Shown: one piece after another, positions 10,278-17,424 of the stretch
Layout: every line of letters begins with the position of its first letter
Position numbering within the stretch: position 1 is the stretch's first letter
IMG/VR virus record: IMGVR_UViG_3300042896_000657
Coordinates: 49,981-113,980 of that record
Direction: 5' to 3' (one strand)
DNA from: a virus
DNA: 64,000 nucleotides
Notes under the pieces: generated by a model
Seen by the model: the letters and a program-made list of their open reading frames with translations, nothing else
Databases searched by the model: none
Told to the model about the DNA's origin: nothing
Program-made: the position numbers and the translations under genes

Positions 10278-11002
10278 TAAATATAAAAAAATTCATATTA
10301 TTATTTATTATTTGTTTAGTTGGGAATTTATCTATGGCCCAAACCATAGGTAAAACCCAAACTGAACAATATAAAGCATCTTTTGAGACTTCTATTGATA
10401 TTGAAAAATATATGGATTATGATGGTCCTCAAATTCCAATTCAAATTCTTAAGGCAGGTATATCTGATGAGATGTATGAAATGTATCCTGAATTAAAGGA
10501 AAAACGCGTAGGGTTAGGTGTTGCTAATATATCAATGGAATATCTTGAAAATCTTAATCGCTTCAAATTTACCGAAGATAAAACGGAAATTAAGAATAGA
10601 ATGGTTAAACAATTCCAAGCATCTCAAGCTGGAATTAGTGAAAATAAATTAGATGGCCGTGGCAAAATTAATTTAGCAGAATATTTCGTTACCATTGAAT
10701 GTTATGATTACTCAGTATCTGAAGATGAGACTATTAATCTAAAAGATGGAGTTAAGAATATGATGATTACTCGATTAGGTTTACAAGTAAGATTCACAAA
10801 TGCAGAAACTGGTGTTGTATTTGGAGCATCAGGATTGGGTGAAGCAAAAACAACTAGAGAATTAACATTTCTATCAGATGCTGCTGTGGATGAAATGAAG
10901 TTTAATCAATCAACAATATCAATAGCTACTAAAAAAGCATTAGATATAGCCTGTGCTCGTATATTGGATAGAATGATTAAAAAAGGAATATTTACAAAAT
11001 AA
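10265..11002 (+). CDS. CsgG/HfaB-like secreted protein
   Basis: Signal peptide; NRFKFTE, AEYFVTIE, LGLQVRFTNAETG, KKALD pattern of CsgG family. Confidence 0.65.
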   Translation: MEMVVNIKKFILLFIICLVGNLSMAQTIGKTQTEQYKASFETSIDIEKYMDYDGPQIPIQILKAGISDEMYEMYPELKEKRVGLGVANISMEYLENLNRFKFTEDKTEIKNRMVKQFQASQAGISENKLDGRGKINLAEYFVTIECYDYSVSEDETINLKDGVKNMMITRLGLQVRFTNAETGVVFGASGLGEAKTTRELTFLSDAAVDEMKFNQSTISIATKKALDIACARILDRMIKKGIFTK

Positions 11003-11091
11003 AATATTACAAACCATATTTAATATTCTATAATATAGAATATATTAATATCAGAAGGTTATGATTCAAAATTAACATTTGAATTATCATA

Positions 11092-12345
11092 ATGAAAAAA
11101 TGGATTGGGATATTATTAATTATATTATCATATAGTTTAGACACTAAATCACAGGTATTAACACAAACATACTTAGATCCTTGTGATAGTAAAATGTATG
11201 TAGTATCATTTCCATTACCAATATCTGTTATTACAGTTGCTATTAGAAATAAAGCAAAATCATTTACATACATAGATGCTCAAAATGGAACAATGTCTCA
11301 ATGGATTGTTGGGATATTATCAACTCCATGTCCTGTACCTGTAGCCGCAGTAGTAACACAAACACAAGTAGCTACTTCTGTAGCAAGATCAGCAGCAACT
11401 GTTGCTGCTACAGCAGCAGCAGCACCACCTCCTGTAGTAGTACCAACAGCAGCACCTGCTCCTGCAGCAGCACCTTCCTCAGCTCCTGCTGCTTCTTCAT
11501 CAAGTACATCCTCATCATCTTCAAGTAGTAGCTCTGAATCATCTTCAAGTAGTAGTAGTTCGTCTGAATCAAAATCTGAATCAAGTAGTTCTGAGGAATC
11601 TAAAACTGAAGAATCGTCTTCCGAAGAATCATCTTCCGAAGAATCTAAATCTGAAGAAAAAGAAGAAGAAAAGAAAGAATCAAAAAACAAAGGTGCTAAA
11701 CAACAAAAAATTAATCCATTATTAATAGCATCAGATTTAACAACTGCTCAAAATCCAGACAATACATTCTCAGCAATAATGAATGTTGGGGTATCTAAAA
11801 ATTCAATGGCTGGGGATGTATCATATGGTGTAACTGGAATGGTATGGTCTAATCTAAATCAATTTGCTGTATCAAGTAGATATACTAAAATAACATTTAA
11901 TGATGCCATGGCAACAACAGTAGCTAATACTAGTTTAACCACAGCATATGCAATGGGTAGCGTATTTGTATTTTTAGGGTATAGTGAAGTAATTAGTAAA
12001 CCAAAACTTGGTGTTTTAGGATATAATGTAAATTTAGGAGCAATGTTCTTAACGGGGGGTATTCAAAGTTACTTATCGTCATTAACAATGTTCTATATGA
12101 AACCCGTAGTATTAACTAAAAGAATAATTATTACACCTTCTATGTTTGCTAGCGGGACTCCTTTATTATATTCCCAAAGTCAAACATCAGTAGATACTAA
12201 TTTAGCGTTAATGGCTGGTTCAACATTTGATTATGCTATTACTAAAAAATTTAAATTTGGTTTTGATTATAAAATTAGTTTTGGAACAGCACCTAATATT
12301 CCAATATTGAATATGGTTATGGTTGGATCTAAAATTCAACTATAA
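11092..12345 (+). CDS. secreted protein with Ala/Ser/Glu-rich linker and C-terminal beta-barrel-like domain
   Basis: Signal peptide, low-complexity middle, alternating amphipathic strands at C-terminus. Confidence 0.7.
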   Translation: MKKWIGILLIILSYSLDTKSQVLTQTYLDPCDSKMYVVSFPLPISVITVAIRNKAKSFTYIDAQNGTMSQWIVGILSTPCPVPVAAVVTQTQVATSVARSAATVAATAAAAPPPVVVPTAAPAPAAAPSSAPAASSSSTSSSSSSSSSESSSSSSSSSESKSESSSSEESKTEESSSEESSSEESKSEEKEEEKKESKNKGAKQQKINPLLIASDLTTAQNPDNTFSAIMNVGVSKNSMAGDVSYGVTGMVWSNLNQFAVSSRYTKITFNDAMATTVANTSLTTAYAMGSVFVFLGYSEVISKPKLGVLGYNVNLGAMFLTGGIQSYLSSLTMFYMKPVVLTKRIIITPSMFASGTPLLYSQSQTSVDTNLALMAGSTFDYAITKKFKFGFDYKISFGTAPNIPILNMVMVGSKIQL

Positions 12346-12402
12346 ATTTGGAGATGTCAGGGTAAGGCATTACATTGAATACATAAACATAAATAAATAA
12401 AA

Positions 12403-12684
12403 ATGAGTTACGATTTAGCAAACAAGTATGCGGAATTTGAAATTCCTAAAGAACTTAAACAAGTAGCACTCTCCAAACAATTATCATTAAGCGCTACTAA
12501 AATGGTATTATTTTCAGACCATGTTCAATTAAGTAATGATGATGTAGATTACTACATGGCTTTAAAACCTGAAAGAATGGAGGATGAAAGTTTTGAAGAT
12601 TACAAAAACAGACGTGTATTTACAAAACAATTATTTAAACATAGAACATTAATATTTGATTATTCAATTTACGAAACAATTTAA
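12403..12684 (+). CDS. hypothetical protein
   Basis: ORF after promoter motif. Confidence 0.7.
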   Translation: MSYDLANKYAEFEIPKELKQVALSKQLSLSATKMVLFSDHVQLSNDDVDYYMALKPERMEDESFEDYKNRRVFTKQLFKHRTLIFDYSIYETI

Positions 12685-12705
12685 AAACAATTTAAAAACA
12701 AAGTT

Positions 12706-12987
12706 ATGAGAAATTACGACGATAATGAACCAGTACAAGAAATGAGCACACCATCCCAATTAACCAGAAATAGTGGAGAAAAAGAATTTATCCGTCCAAG
12801 AATAGATTATTTAAGAGATCATGAAATAAGTATTAGATTTTTAAGTTTAGGATGTATAGTTAGAGTTGGATGTAAAGAAATAGCATTCACTTCAATTGAC
12901 GAAGCAATGAAAGAAGTTAATGCTTACGTTACTAATCCAGAAGCATCAACAGATAAATACAATAAATTATTTAACGAACAGAAATAA
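12706..12987 (+). CDS. hypothetical protein
   Basis: ORF with A-rich leader. Confidence 0.7.
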   Translation: MRNYDDNEPVQEMSTPSQLTRNSGEKEFIRPRIDYLRDHEISIRFLSLGCIVRVGCKEIAFTSIDEAMKEVNAYVTNPEASTDKYNKLFNEQK

Positions 12988-12992
12988 AAATT

Positions 12993-13196
12993 ATGAGATA
13001 TTATCAGGTAAAAGTTGAGTTTAAAACAGAAGACGATAAAGGTAAAATTAAACGCCAAAGTTATTTATATTTAGTAGATGCTCAATCAGTAACTGAGGCG
13101 GAAGCTAGAACAGTTAAATATCTAAGAGAGCAATCAGAGGAAGATTTTGAAATTAAATCTGCAGGAGCTTCTAAAATTCTAGAAGTTTTACAATAA
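12993..13196 (+). CDS. DUF4494 family protein
   Basis: YLVDAQSVTEAEAR matches the Bacteroidota DUF4494 motif. Confidence 0.75.
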   Translation: MRYYQVKVEFKTEDDKGKIKRQSYLYLVDAQSVTEAEARTVKYLREQSEEDFEIKSAGASKILEVLQ

Positions 13197-13241
13197 TTTA
13201 CATTTTTTAAAATTTACATATATTTATATCAAATAATAATA

Positions 13242-13364
13242 ATGAAACGATTTAGCTTACATATTCAACTTTCGATACCCGCGATTAAAACGCAAGGGGA
13301 AGGCATGGTTTGTAATTGGGATTATAATACCACAACAGGGTTAAAAGATACAGTATTGATATAA
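13242..13364 (+). CDS. putative attenuator leader peptide (40 aa, all 20 amino acids)
   Basis: MKRFSLHIQLSIPAIKTQGEGMVCNWDYNTTTGLKDTVLI*; directly upstream of terminator and tRNA array. Confidence 0.8.
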   Translation: MKRFSLHIQLSIPAIKTQGEGMVCNWDYNTTTGLKDTVLI

Positions 13365-13388
13365 ATAAGTAACTAAAATACATAATCG

Positions 13389-13424
13389 AAAGCCCTGATC
13401 CAAAAAGTCAGGGCTTTTTGTTTT
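13389..13424 (+). terminator. intrinsic terminator of putative attenuator
   Basis: AAAGCCCTGA-tccaaaaag-TCAGGGCTTT-TTGTTTT; CAGGGTT (13336-42) can sequester its 5' arm. Confidence 0.85.
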
Positions 13425-13450
13425 GTCACAATAAAAATTGTACATTTAAA
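13422..13450 (+). promoter_or_regulatory. early-type promoter motif upstream of tRNA array
   Basis: TTTGTCACAAT...TGTACATTTAA, same motif as the 39-44.5 kb promoters. Confidence 0.6.
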
Positions 13451-13456
13451 TATAAT

Positions 13457-13527
13457 GGTTAGGTTGATCAAGGTGGTCGGTAAGTCTGCAAAACTTACTA
13501 TAGTAGGTTCGATACCTATCCTAACCT
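13457..13527 (+). tRNA. tRNA-Cys(GCA)
   Basis: GGTTAGG/CCTAACC acceptor, loop CTGCAAA, U73. Confidence 0.9.
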
Positions 13528-13574
13528 CAGGTGGGTTTAATATTGTTCCCCGTGCGAAAAAAACAATATAAATT

Positions 13575-13647
13575 GGTACTTAAGCTAACTAGGTAGAAGC
13601 GATAGGTTGAAGACCTATAGGATAAGGTTCGATACCTTAAAGTACCA
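13575..13647 (+). tRNA. tRNA-Phe(GAA)
   Basis: Cloverleaf, loop TTGAAGA. Confidence 0.9.
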
Positions 13648-13694
13648 CATGAAAAAACAATTTGAGATGCTTTAGGTTAATTAACCTAATCATC

Positions 13695-13871
13695 ATGAAA
13701 AAGCTAAAAAGAGCAGAAACAAACAAAGAATACAATCATGCATTAAAAAATTATAAATGTTATTGTATGATATGTAATAAAAGGGCAGGAATATATAATG
13801 CATATTGTGGTCCAAAGAGTGAAAAGAAAAATAAAAACTGGAAACAGTATAGAAAAACAAAATGGAAATGA
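13695..13871 (+). CDS. small basic Cys-rich protein within tRNA array
   Basis: CYCMIC...C and NWKQYRKTKWK tail. Confidence 0.55.
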   Translation: MKKLKRAETNKEYNHALKNYKCYCMICNKRAGIYNAYCGPKSEKKNKNWKQYRKTKWK

Positions 13872-13918
13872 AAAAGTATAAACAGTAATACCCTCTAAGT
13901 AAACGAGGGAAATAAAAC

Positions 13919-13991
13919 GCCTTCGTAGCTTAATTGGTAGAGCAATATGCTTTTAACATATGTGGTGACAGTTCGATTCTGTCCGGGGGTA
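13919..13991 (+). tRNA. tRNA-Lys(TTT)
   Basis: Cloverleaf, loop CTTTTAA. Confidence 0.92.
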
Positions 13992-13996
13992 CAAAA

Positions 13997-14069
13997 GTAA
14001 GTGTAGCACAATTGGTAGTGCAGTAGTCTCCAAAACTAAAGGCTATAGGTTCGAGTCCTGTCACTTGCG
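13997..14069 (+). tRNA. tRNA-Trp(CCA)
   Basis: Cloverleaf, loop CTCCAAA, G73. Confidence 0.9.
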
Positions 14070-14093
14070 CAAAAGATTAGTTCTTTGATTTAT

Positions 14094-14582
14094 GGGGCAG
14101 TCAGGAATTGACTGGGCAAAAAAAGTATAAAACAACAAGCAGTGCGATGAATGGTATAGCACTATAAAATGTACGTTCGAACAATAAATGACAACAAGTC
14201 AACTTTCTCTTTCGAAGATGCAATGTCTTTCGTAGGAGCAGATTTCGCAGTAGCTGCTTAATCTATTCAGGTGGTAACCAACCTAGGAACAGAATGATTA
14301 CAAACAGAGCCACGTTCAGAATGCTGCTCTAATACAAGTGAATTCGTCACAGTTGCTGGTAACAATGTTAAAATAGGAACCTGATGGTGGATTAGACCGC
14401 TATAAACGGTCGGCCCTTACTGATCAATATAAGTTAGTAGAATAACGCTGCTGCTAGTATTCTTTAAATTACGTGGGAAGATGCAGCTCTCCCAATGTAG
14501 CTAACCATTATAGATCTAAGCTTGTAATAAATTGTTTTATGGCTGCTGCAACAGGACAAGGGTTCGAATCCCTTCTGCTCCA
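14094..14582 (+). ncRNA. ssrA: tmRNA
   Basis: GGGGCAG/CTGCTCC acceptor with G3-U70, T arm; tag ORF 14190-14261 ending FAVAA* after ATAAAT resume context. Confidence 0.92.
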
Positions 14583-14586
14583 CTAT

Positions 14587-14658
14587 AGTTCCTTAGTTCA
14601 ATGGATAGAACACTTGACTACGAATCATGAAATACAAGTTCGAGTCTTGTAGGAACTA
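14587..14658 (+). tRNA. tRNA-Arg(ACG)
   Basis: Cloverleaf, loop CTACGAA. Confidence 0.88.
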
Positions 14659-14663
14659 CAAAA

Positions 14664-14734
14664 TGCCGTGGGTTGAGGTTTAACAACATTCTCTCATAAG
14701 GAATGTCAATTCGGTTCGATACCGAAACACGGTA
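14664..14734 (+). tRNA. tRNA with CAT anticodon (Met or Ile2), atypical D arm
   Basis: ATTCT-CTCATAA-GGAAT arm, TTCGG/CCGAA T arm. Confidence 0.75.
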
Positions 14735-14787
14735 CTATAAAATTGGATTATCGCGATAATAATCGTATATTGAATTATAATAAGAAA

Positions 14788-14860
14788 CGGGATGTGACAA
14801 AATTGGATACGCGCTCGCTTTGGAAGCGAGAGAATGCAGGTTCGACCCCTGCCATCCCGA
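14788..14860 (+). tRNA. tRNA-Pro(TGG)
   Basis: CGGGATG/CATCCCG, loop TTTGGAA. Confidence 0.9.
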
Positions 14861-14912
14861 CAAAAGTATTGTGAAGTACTATAAATTGATCTTTGACATC
14901 TAGGCTAAATTT

Positions 14913-14984
14913 ACCTCCATAGTTTAATTGGAAGAATAAGGCCCTTCTAAGGCTTTGGTAGTGGTTCAAATCCACTTGGAGGTT
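14913..14984 (+). tRNA. tRNA-Arg(TCT)
   Basis: Cloverleaf, loop CTTCTAA. Confidence 0.88.
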
Positions 14985-14992
14985 CATAAAAT

Positions 14993-15065
14993 GGGCTGTT
15001 GGTATAGATGGCTAACACGGTAGATTTGCATTCTACAGTCCCCGGTTCGAAGCCGGGACGGTCCA
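14993..15065 (+). tRNA. tRNA-Ala(TGC)
   Basis: G3-U70, loop TTTGCAT. Confidence 0.9.
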
Positions 15066-15071
15066 CAATAT

Positions 15072-15143
15072 AGTTCCTTAGCTCAATGGAAGAGCAATGT
15101 CTTTACATGGCAAAGGTTACAAGTTCGAATCTTGTAGGAACTA
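15072..15143 (+). tRNA. tRNA-Val(TAC)
   Basis: Cloverleaf, loop TTTACAT. Confidence 0.88.
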
Positions 15144-15198
15144 CCCACAGGAGGTATTTTCTCTACTTTGTCCTGCGTCCCAATCAAAGTAGTAATTT

Positions 15199-15270
15199 GC
15201 AGGTATAGCACAACGGTTAGTGCTCTGGTCTTCCAAACCGGAGATCTCGGTTCGAATCCGAGTATCTGCT
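15199..15270 (+). tRNA. tRNA-Gly(TCC)
   Basis: Cloverleaf, loop CTTCCAA, U73. Confidence 0.92.
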
Positions 15271-15279
15271 CAATAATAT

Positions 15280-15351
15280 TGACCTATGGTGTAATGGTTA
15301 GCACAACTGGTTTTGAGCCAGTTTGTTTAGGTTCGAATCCTAATAGGTCAT
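15280..15351 (+). tRNA. tRNA-Gln(TTG)
   Basis: U1-A72, loop TTTTGAG. Confidence 0.92.
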
Positions 15352-15435
15352 CAAAGATGAATAGATTACACAAGGTGTTAGTAGCTAGCTAAAGAGTCTC
15401 ATTAGGTACACAAGTCCTAAATTCATCTTTAAATT

Positions 15436-15523
15436 GGAAGATCCCAGTTGACTGAGGTACACGCTCTTGAAAAGCGCTAGGGGTCTGTGAGGGCCTGTAA
15501 GAGTTGGACTCTCTTATCTTCCG
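15436..15523 (+). tRNA. tRNA-Ser(TGA), atypical D and T loops
   Basis: GGAAGAT/ATCTTCC G73, long V arm, loop CTTGAAA, T loop TTGGACT. Confidence 0.78.
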
Positions 15524-15560
15524 CATTCGATGTGTTTGCCGAGCTAGATCGGCTTTATAT

Positions 15561-15635
15561 GGTGTTTATAGTGTTAATGGTTAAGCACGTCAGTTTGTGA
15601 TTCTGATAGTTTGAGTTCGAATCTCAATAAACACC
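15561..15635 (+). tRNA. tRNA-His(GTG)
   Basis: G-1:C73 8-bp acceptor, loop TTGTGAT. Confidence 0.92.
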
Positions 15636-15691
15636 CTCCTCCAATCCTGTGTCGGCTCGAGCAGGTGAAAGTTGAGGTATCGGGCCCTATT

Positions 15692-15777
15692 GGAAAGTAA
15701 AGCAGCCAGGGTTGCTGTCACCGCCTGCTAAGCGAGTGGTACTTTAACGGTATGAATTTCGAGTATTCTACTTTCCG
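15692..15777 (+). tRNA. tRNA-Ser(GCT)
   Basis: GGAAAGT/ACTTTCC G73, long V arm, loop CTGCTAA. Confidence 0.85.
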
Positions 15778-15787
15778 CTGTATAATA

Positions 15788-15869
15788 TATTGGAGTACCA
15801 GTGGAATCTTATACATTCTATATCTGTAGTGGTATGTTGAAAACATGGGTTCGAATCCCATCTCCAATA
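15788..15869 (+). tRNA. non-canonical D-arm-less tRNA-like gene, anticodon TAT (Ile)
   Basis: TATTGGAG/CTCCAATA stem, GGAAT-CTTATAC-ATTCT arm, perfect T arm. Confidence 0.6.
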
Positions 15870-15874
15870 CTATA

Positions 15875-15953
15875 TTGTGACGTATCCACCCTGTCCGATA
15901 CACAGGAGTAAGGTAATTGGTTGAAAATATCGGTTCAAGTCCGATCGTCACAA
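15875..15953 (+). tRNA. non-canonical D-arm-less tRNA-like gene, anticodon GAT (Ile)
   Basis: TTGTGACG/CGTCACAA stem, CCTGT-CCGATAC-ACAGG arm, ATCGG/CCGAT T arm. Confidence 0.6.
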
Positions 15954-15963
15954 CTTTAAAAAT

Positions 15964-16035
15964 GGTCTATTGGTGAAGTGGCTATCATATTACCTTGTCA
16001 CGGTAGAGTAGACGGATCGTAACCGTCATAGACCG
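15964..16035 (+). tRNA. tRNA-Asp(GTC)
   Basis: Cloverleaf, loop TTGTCAC, G73. Confidence 0.88.
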
Positions 16036-16045
16036 CTTAAAATAA

Positions 16046-16117
16046 GTTGAGGTAGCTCAGAGGCAGAGCAGGGTCCTGTTAAGACTCATGTCGAGATATC
16101 GTAATTCTCTCTCAACG
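16046..16117 (+). tRNA. tRNA-Asn(GTT)
   Basis: Cloverleaf, loop CTGTTAA, G73. Confidence 0.88.
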
Positions 16118-16167
16118 CAAATTAAATGTGTATGTCACAGCTAGTGTTCGTACATTGATAATAAGAT

Positions 16168-16301
16168 AGTCAGGTGGCGGAATTGGTAAACGCAAAAGCC
16201 AACTCGTAGTTGGAAGCGAGTTTAAATAAGACAGTCCGAAGTTCGTGGGTGGCATTAGCCTCTGGCACTTTGGCTTACAGGTTCGAATCCTGTCCTGACT
16301 A
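16168..16301 (+). ncRNA. tRNA-Leu-scaffold RNA with variable cargo, copy 1
   Basis: AGTCAGGTGGCGGAATTGGTAAACGC...ACAGGTTCGAATCCTGTCCTGACTA; cargo closed by AAGCCAA/TTGGCTT. Confidence 0.8.
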
Positions 16302-16327
16302 CAAAAAATAAATAAAAATTTAAGATT

Positions 16328-16510
16328 ATGGATTGGATAGAAATTAAAAATCAAAAACCAAAAGATGATAGTTGGGTTTTGATAAAATCTTCTCTAAAGA
16401 ACGTACCGAAATATGAGGTTTGTCATTATGGAAATAATGAGTGGTATATGCCTTGTTATGATGATGCATGTCAAGAGAAGGATATTATTAAATGGTCGTA
16501 CATTGAATAA
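16328..16510 (+). CDS. DUF551-like small phage protein
   Basis: MDWIEIKNQKP...IIKWSYI pattern. Confidence 0.65.
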   Translation: MDWIEIKNQKPKDDSWVLIKSSLKNVPKYEVCHYGNNEWYMPCYDDACQEKDIIKWSYIE

Positions 16511-16516
16511 TAATAC

Positions 16517-16665
16517 AGTCAGGTGGCGGAATGAAGGCACAAAGAGTAATAGTATGTGCTGGATATGGTAGACGCTAAGAAAGAAATTAACTTCGTATCT
16601 AAGTGGAAACACATGGTGGTACACTAAAGCATAATTTCATGCGGGTTCGATTCCTGTCCTGACTA
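16517..16665 (+). ncRNA. tRNA-Leu-scaffold RNA, copy 2 (extra D-loop insertion)
   Basis: Same termini; hairpin GCACA/TGTGC inserted in D loop; cargo closed by GAAATTA/TAATTTC. Confidence 0.75.
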
Positions 16666-16678
16666 CAAGATAATATAT

Positions 16679-16750
16679 TGCGGGGTAGAGCAGAGGTAGC
16701 TCGGAAGGCTCATAACCTTTAGGTCACAGGTTCGAATCCTGTCCCTGCTA
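16679..16750 (+). tRNA. initiator-type tRNA-Met(CAT)
   Basis: 1-72 mismatch, GCGGGGTAGAGCAG body, loop CTCATAA. Confidence 0.85.
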
Positions 16751-16799
16751 CAAATCATAGGATTAATTACCCTATGACTGTCAGGTTCGAAACTGACGA

Positions 16800-16902
16800 T
16801 TGATTATGGTGTATAGGTGCACAGGATGATAAAGTAACAACTGGTAAGTAAGCCGGAAGAGAAATTGACACCAGGAATATGGTTCGAATCCATTTAAATC
16901 AA
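16800..16902 (+). ncRNA. tRNA-like RNA with enlarged central region
   Basis: TTGATT/AATCAA acceptor-like, D-like GGTGTATAGGTGCAC, T arm ATGG-TTCGAAT-CCAT, no clean anticodon arm. Confidence 0.5.
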
Positions 16903-17011
16903 CAAAAGTAGAAGTAAGTATTGAGCAGGCACGCCGTAAAATAGATTCACAACTATCAGAGCTGTTTACTTTCAATATGTGAAAATGTGGGCATATTGAC
17001 TACTTTTAATT

Positions 17012-17095
17012 GGGAGTATCGCACAGCTGGAAAAGGCGCAGCACTGTAAATGCTGTAAGTCGCATGACTTGGAGGTTCGAGTCCTTTTGCTCCCA
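17012..17095 (+). tRNA. tRNA-Tyr(GTA)
   Basis: Long V arm, loop CTGTAAA. Confidence 0.88.
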
Positions 17096-17105
17096 CTAAT
17101 ATAAT

Positions 17106-17177
17106 GCTCCTGTCGTCTAATGGTTAGGATATCTCACTTTCTATGAGATGATTTCGGTTCGAATCCGTGCGGGAGTA
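17106..17177 (+). tRNA. tRNA-Glu(TTC), U at 37
   Basis: Glu-type D arm TCGTCTAATGGTTAGGA; TCTCA-CTTTCTA-TGAGA. Confidence 0.82.
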
Positions 17178-17184
17178 CAAAAGT

Positions 17185-17263
17185 AATTAGGTGGGCGTAA
17201 TGAGGAACGGTTTCCAAGTCCAATAGAATGGTTGCTTATCCTGTTCGAGTCAGGCCCTAATTA
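17185..17263 (+). ncRNA. aberrant tRNA-like RNA (CCA-containing loop)
   Basis: AATTAGG/CCTAATT acceptor, CCTG-TTCGAGT-CAGG T arm, poor D and anticodon arms. Confidence 0.5.
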
Positions 17264-17270
17264 CTTACTT

Positions 17271-17342
17271 GCTCTCAAAGCATTGCAGGCGATGCACCTG
17301 ACTTGTAATCAGGATAAATCGGTTCGATTCCGGTTGAGAGCT
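17271..17342 (+). tRNA. tRNA-Thr(TGT)
   Basis: Cloverleaf, loop CTTGTAA. Confidence 0.9.
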
Positions 17343-17424
17343 CAAAAAAGGTAAAAGAAATTTGGCCTAGCAAAACAACGTTTGTATATTGATAATATAG
17401 AAACAAATACGTTCTTTGAAAATA

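Noticed and set aside
11298-11690. Alternative-frame and antisense ORFs in the Ser/Ala-rich gene
   Set aside because: Low-complexity repeats lack stops by construction.
17106-17177. Amber suppressor tRNA (CTA) implying stop-codon recoding
   Set aside because: Stem TCTCA/TGAGA places TTC at 34-36 on a Glu body; genes are intact in the standard code and several end in TAG.
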